DNA of 32,000 bases from Alkanindiges sp. WGS2144 (lineage in GTDB: Bacteria > Pseudomonadota > Gammaproteobacteria > Pseudomonadales > Moraxellaceae): NCBI RefSeq assembly GCF_043950625.1, contig NZ_CP171007.1; one strand, given 5' to 3'. The notes beneath the pieces are model-generated. The model was given only the letters and a program-made list of their open reading frames with translations. It was not told the DNA's origin and ran no database searches. The translations under genes were made by a program, and so were the position numbers. This document shows positions 28,520-32,000 of the stretch, piece after piece; within the stretch, counting starts at the first letter, position 1, and every line of letters begins with the position of its first letter.

Positions 28520-30913
28520 ATGAAAATTAGTGAAAACTGGCTACGCCAGTGGGTTAATCCAAATATTGACAGTGAAGCGCTGGCACATCAACTCACTATG
28601 GCAGGGCTTGAAGTAGACGATAGCAGCCCGGTCGCCAAGCCATTTGCCGGCGTGGTGGTTGGTGAGGTGCTCACAGTTGAGCAGCATCCCGACGCTGACC
28701 GCTTGCGTATTACTACAGTCAATATTGGTGAGGGCACGCCGCTGCAAATTGTCTGTGGTGCTCCTAATGTAGCCGTTGGCTTAAAAGTACCGGTGGCCAC
28801 TATTGGTGCGATATTGCCTGCTGATTCTAGTGGACAGGAATTTAAGATTAAAAAAGGCAAGCTGCGCGGTGTGGAGTCGCACGGCATGCTGTGCGGTGCT
28901 TCAGAAATTGATCTGGAAGACACCATAGATGGTCTGCTGGTATTGCCTGAAGATGCGCCGATTGGCATAAACATCCGTGACTATTTAAAGCTTGATGATC
29001 ACATTATTGAAATCAGCATTACGCCCAACCGTGGCGATTGCTTTAGCATTAAAGGGATTGCCCGCGAGCTGGGTGTAATTAACCACTTGCCTGTAACACC
29101 GGTTGATATTCAGCCTGTAGCAGCCACTACAGATACTAAAAAACAGATTCAACTTCATAGTGCTGGTTGCCCGCGCTATGCAGGCCGGGTTATTAAAAAT
29201 ATCAATGCGCAGGCTGCCACACCGCAGTGGATGGCGGATGCCTTAACCCGCTCGGGCATTCGCCTGCACAGTGTGCTGGTTGATATTACCAACTATGTAC
29301 TGCTGGAACAGGGTCAGCCCTTGCATGCATTTGATCTGAGTAAAATAGATGGTGATATTGTGGTGCGTCAGGCCAGGGCGCAGGAAAAACTCAAACTGCT
29401 CAATGAGCAGGAAGTTGAGCTTGATGATGATGTGCTGGTGATTGCCGATAATAGCAAAGCCTTGGCCATGGCTGGGATCATGGGTGGGCTGGACAGCAGC
29501 GTAACGGATACCACCACTGATATTTTTCTGGAAAGTGCGTTTTTTGATCCACTAGCGATTGTTGGCCGGGCACGTCGTTATGGGATGCATACGGATGCTT
29601 CGCAGCGCTATGAGCGTGGGGTGGATTTTGAACTGGCGCTGCCCGCCATTGAGCGGGCGACCCAGTTGATTGTGCAGCTGGCAGGTGGTGAGGCCGGGGA
29701 AGTAGTGCTGGCTGAGCATGCTGATGCTCTGCCTAAGCGTGTGCCAATTGAACTAAACTTGCAGCAGGTCAATCAGTTGCTGGGTTACCAGGTGCCTGCT
29801 GACTTTGTAGAGCAGACCTTAACTGATCTGGGCATGCAAGTTGAGGGTAGTGCACAAGGCTGGCAGGTTGTGCCGCCATCCTGGCGCTTTGACATGGTAA
29901 TCAAGGAAGACCTGATTGAAGAAGTGGCGCGTATTTACGGCTACGACAATATTCAAATCAGTATGCCGCAGCTTGATATTGCGCTAAAACCCGCCCAAGA
30001 CCGTTTAAGTTTGCAGCAGTTACGTCAGACCTTGGTAGCGCTGGGTTATCAGGAAGCCATCAGCTTTAGTTTTAGTGATGAAAAACTGGAGAAACAGCTT
30101 AACCCGCAAGCCAAACTGCTAGCACTGACTAATCCTATTTCCAGTGAACTGGGTGTAATGCGTAGCACCCTGTTGTCTAGCCTGATTCCTTCGGTGCAAT
30201 ATAACCTGAATCGTCAGCAAAGCCGCGTGCGCTTGTTTGAAACCGGTTTGCGCTTTGATTATGCCCGCGCCAATAGCATTGGCGAGCTAAAACAAATCCC
30301 CACGCTGGCCATGATTGCAACCGGTAGTGCCGTGCCTGAGCAGTGGCACCACAAAGTACAGCTTATGGATTTTTATGATCTAAAAGGCGAGATTGAGCGT
30401 ATTTTGTCCACTGCTCGGTTAACGGCAACGTTTGAGCGGAGTGAGTTAAGCTGGTTGCACCCGGGCCAAAGCAGCAGTATTTTGGTCAACGGACAAATAG
30501 TAGGTTATCTGGGTCGTTTACATCCCTCCCTGGAAGACGAGCTTGATTTAGGCAAAACCTGGGTTAGCGAAATTGATCTGGATGTGCTTTTGCAACCTTA
30601 TGTATCTAATTTTACAGAATTATCACGTTTTCCCTCAGTCAGACGTGATATAGCTGTTTTAATCAATGCTACTATTACCATTGATCAAATTCAGCATACG
30701 ATTCAATCAGCTGCGGGAGAATATTTAATACAAAGCTGGTTATTCGATGTGTACACCGGACAGGGCATAGAAGCAGGGCAGCGTTCATTGGCATTTGCTT
30801 TGTTATGGCAACATCCGGAACGTACATTGGAAGATGCTGAAATTAAGGAAGGAATGCAACGTGTGATTGATGCGTTGCAGGATACATATCAGGCGACTTT
30901 GAGGGCATCATGA
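28520..30913 (+). CDS. pheT: Phenylalanine--tRNA ligase beta subunit
   Basis: [14 protein letters not shown]..., a tRNA-binding OB domain ([26 protein letters not shown]), B3/4 and B5 regions and a C-terminal FDX-ACB domain. Length is 797 aa. Confidence 0.97.
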   Translation: MKISENWLRQWVNPNIDSEALAHQLTMAGLEVDDSSPVAKPFAGVVVGEVLTVEQHPDADRLRITTVNIGEGTPLQIVCGAPNVAVGLKVPVATIGAILPADSSGQEFKIKKGKLRGVESHGMLCGASEIDLEDTIDGLLVLPEDAPIGINIRDYLKLDDHIIEISITPNRGDCFSIKGIARELGVINHLPVTPVDIQPVAATTDTKKQIQLHSAGCPRYAGRVIKNINAQAATPQWMADALTRSGIRLHSVLVDITNYVLLEQGQPLHAFDLSKIDGDIVVRQARAQEKLKLLNEQEVELDDDVLVIADNSKALAMAGIMGGLDSSVTDTTTDIFLESAFFDPLAIVGRARRYGMHTDASQRYERGVDFELALPAIERATQLIVQLAGGEAGEVVLAEHADALPKRVPIELNLQQVNQLLGYQVPADFVEQTLTDLGMQVEGSAQGWQVVPPSWRFDMVIKEDLIEEVARIYGYDNIQISMPQLDIALKPAQDRLSLQQLRQTLVALGYQEAISFSFSDEKLEKQLNPQAKLLALTNPISSELGVMRSTLLSSLIPSVQYNLNRQQSRVRLFETGLRFDYARANSIGELKQIPTLAMIATGSAVPEQWHHKVQLMDFYDLKGEIERILSTARLTATFERSELSWLHPGQSSSILVNGQIVGYLGRLHPSLEDELDLGKTWVSEIDLDVLLQPYVSNFTELSRFPSVRRDIAVLINATITIDQIQHTIQSAAGEYLIQSWLFDVYTGQGIEAGQRSLAFALLWQHPERTLEDAEIKEGMQRVIDALQDTYQATLRAS

Positions 30914-31209
30914 CTGCACTAACCAAAGCCGAAATGGCTGATCATTTAAGTGAAAAAACCGGCCTTAACCGTCGGGAAGCCAAACAGTTGGTAGAGCTGT
31001 TCTTTGAAGAAATCAGTCAGGCATTGATTGCAGGTGAACAGGTCAAGCTCTCAGGGTTCGGTAATTTTGAACTACGCGACAAACGGCAGCGTCCGGGCCG
31101 TAACCCGAAGACTGGTGAAGAAATTCCTATCACTGCGCGTCGGGTAGTTACTTTCCGTGCCGGACAGAAGTTTCGCCAGCGTGTGGAACAGGAGCAGTAC
31201 GACGAATAG
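30910..31209 (+). CDS. ihfA: Integration host factor alpha subunit
   Basis: [35 protein letters not shown]...[39 protein letters not shown]. The ATGA overlap with the pheT stop suggests translational coupling. Confidence 0.97.
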   Translation: MTALTKAEMADHLSEKTGLNRREAKQLVELFFEEISQALIAGEQVKLSGFGNFELRDKRQRPGRNPKTGEEIPITARRVVTFRAGQKFRQRVEQEQYDE

Positions 31210-31263
31210 TCGACCAGCGTAGCTAACAGTAAGTGATTACTAAATTTTAAGATAGTTTGTTAC

Positions 31264-31321
31264 AAGCACTTATTAAGTCAGGACTTTTGCTTGCATTACC
31301 TGGTTTGATGAGTGCTTTTTT
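31264..31321 (+). terminator. Probable terminator after ihfA (long-loop hairpin plus T-run)
   Basis: AAGCACTTA / TGAGTGCTT forms a 9-bp stem with one G-U pair and a large loop of about 36 nt that has internal pairing, followed by TTTTTTGTT. Confidence 0.5.
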
Positions 31322-31449
31322 GTTGGCTGTAGAATCTACCACCATAATCCGCACTAAAATGAAAAGCTGCAATAGCTGGATTTGCACTTTACCCAACGAT
31401 AGGCTTGTCAGTTGTGTTCACGGTTTATAATGCAAAATTGATAGGCAAT

Positions 31450-31477
31450 AAAAAAGAGAGCAGTTGCTCTCTTTTTT
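31450..31477. terminator. Bidirectional rho-independent terminator (serves the minus-strand lipoprotein gene)
   Basis: AAAAAAGAGAGCA-GT-TGCTCTCTTTTTT is a symmetric hairpin flanked by an A-run and a T-run. It lies 15 nt past the lipoprotein stop. Confidence 0.8.
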
Positions 31478-31491
31478 GAAGCAAAACACTA

Positions 31492-31818
31492 TTACTGAGC
31501 AGTAGTGTCAGCAGCTGGAGCAGCGGCGTTGTTAGCAGCAGCATCGGCGCTGTCTTCAGCAGCATCAGCAGCGTCTTCAGCAGCATCAGCAGCAGTGTTG
31601 GCAGCATCAGCAGCAGCGTTGGTAGCATCAGCGGTAGCGTCAGCAGTAGTTGCTTCAGCAGCGTCGGTAGCAGCAGCAGCAGCGTCAGCAGCAGCAGCAG
31701 AAGCTTGAGCAGCAGAGTCTTGAGCTTCAGCAGCTTGCTCGTCAGCTTTTTTTGAACAACCAACGAATGCTAAAGAAGCAGCAATAGCAGCAGCAATTGC
31801 GATTTTTTTGATTTGCAT
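31492..31818 (-). CDS. Small acidic Ala/Asp-rich repeat lipoprotein
   Basis: The signal peptide MQIKKIAIAAAIAASLAFVGC has a lipobox-like FVGC. The mature 87 aa are low-complexity (DAA/AAD/ADAT repeats). GAGAG lies 8 nt upstream of ATG 31818. The tracked extension to 31860 is rejected. Confidence 0.7.
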   Translation of the reverse strand: MQIKKIAIAAAIAASLAFVGCSKKADEQAAEAQDSAAQASAAAADAAAAATDAAEATTADATADATNAAADAANTAADAAEDAADAAEDSADAAANNAAAPAADTTAQ

Positions 31819-32000
31819 GGCATTACTCTCACAAAAAATAAAGGTTTTCGAAAACCACAAATTAATCCGCCTCTTGTTTATTGCTTTCCGACGCCTTACG
31901 GCATAGGTTGCAGTGCAAGGTCAGATTAAATGGTGACATTATGCTAGCATTGGTTTTTTAAAAAAACTACTCCCTTTTGATTATTTTTTTTAAAAATTAA

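Noticed and set aside
31425-31763. A Leu-rich 112-aa minus-strand ORF and an Ala/Ser-only 67-aa plus-strand ORF (31505-31708) overlapping the Ala/Asp-rich lipoprotein gene.
   Set aside because: They are alternative-frame readings of the same GCA/GCT-rich triplet repeat. Only the 31818-start frame has an SD, a signal peptide with a lipobox, and a terminator directly after its stop.

Overview
The window looks like core chromosome of a gammaproteobacterium. From memory, the EF-Tu, EF-G, S12 and S7 sequences look closest to Moraxellaceae (Acinetobacter relatives); this was not searched. Hand-counted 100-nt samples give about 42-56% GC. I call 30 protein-coding genes with reasonable support. In order they are: nnr (5' truncated), ruvC, fxsA, crp/vfr divergent from an OsmC-family gene, thiD, a HAD hydrolase, hemJ, fabB, an EcsC-family protein, the str operon (rpsL-rpsG-fusA-tuf), two tandem paralogs of a predicted metal-dependent hydrolase (PF10118-like), rimI, a methyltransferase-aat-bpt cluster, trxB divergent from ftsK, a small nucleotidyltransferase-family gene immediately after ftsK, an MFS transporter, rpmI-rplT, pheS-pheT-ihfA, and an Ala/Asp-rich lipoprotein. 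I saw no rRNA, tRNA, CRISPR array, IS element, integrase or recognisable defence island. I do not see a clear multi-gene novel system. The leads most worth a second look are: (1) the tandem PF10118-like paralogs, which carry diiron-like ExxH motifs and each sit behind the same two-block upstream motif; (2) a 224-bp, inverted-repeat-bounded, heavily structured rpsG-fusA spacer carrying a Shine-Dalgarno-led 20-codon mini-ORF; (3) an imperfect palindrome of about 120 nt inside the pheS-pheT spacer; (4) a comparatively AT-rich 523-aa methyltransferase that appears to head an operon with both N-degron aminoacyl-transferases. All family assignments come from motif recognition by eye and need HMM or BLAST confirmation.
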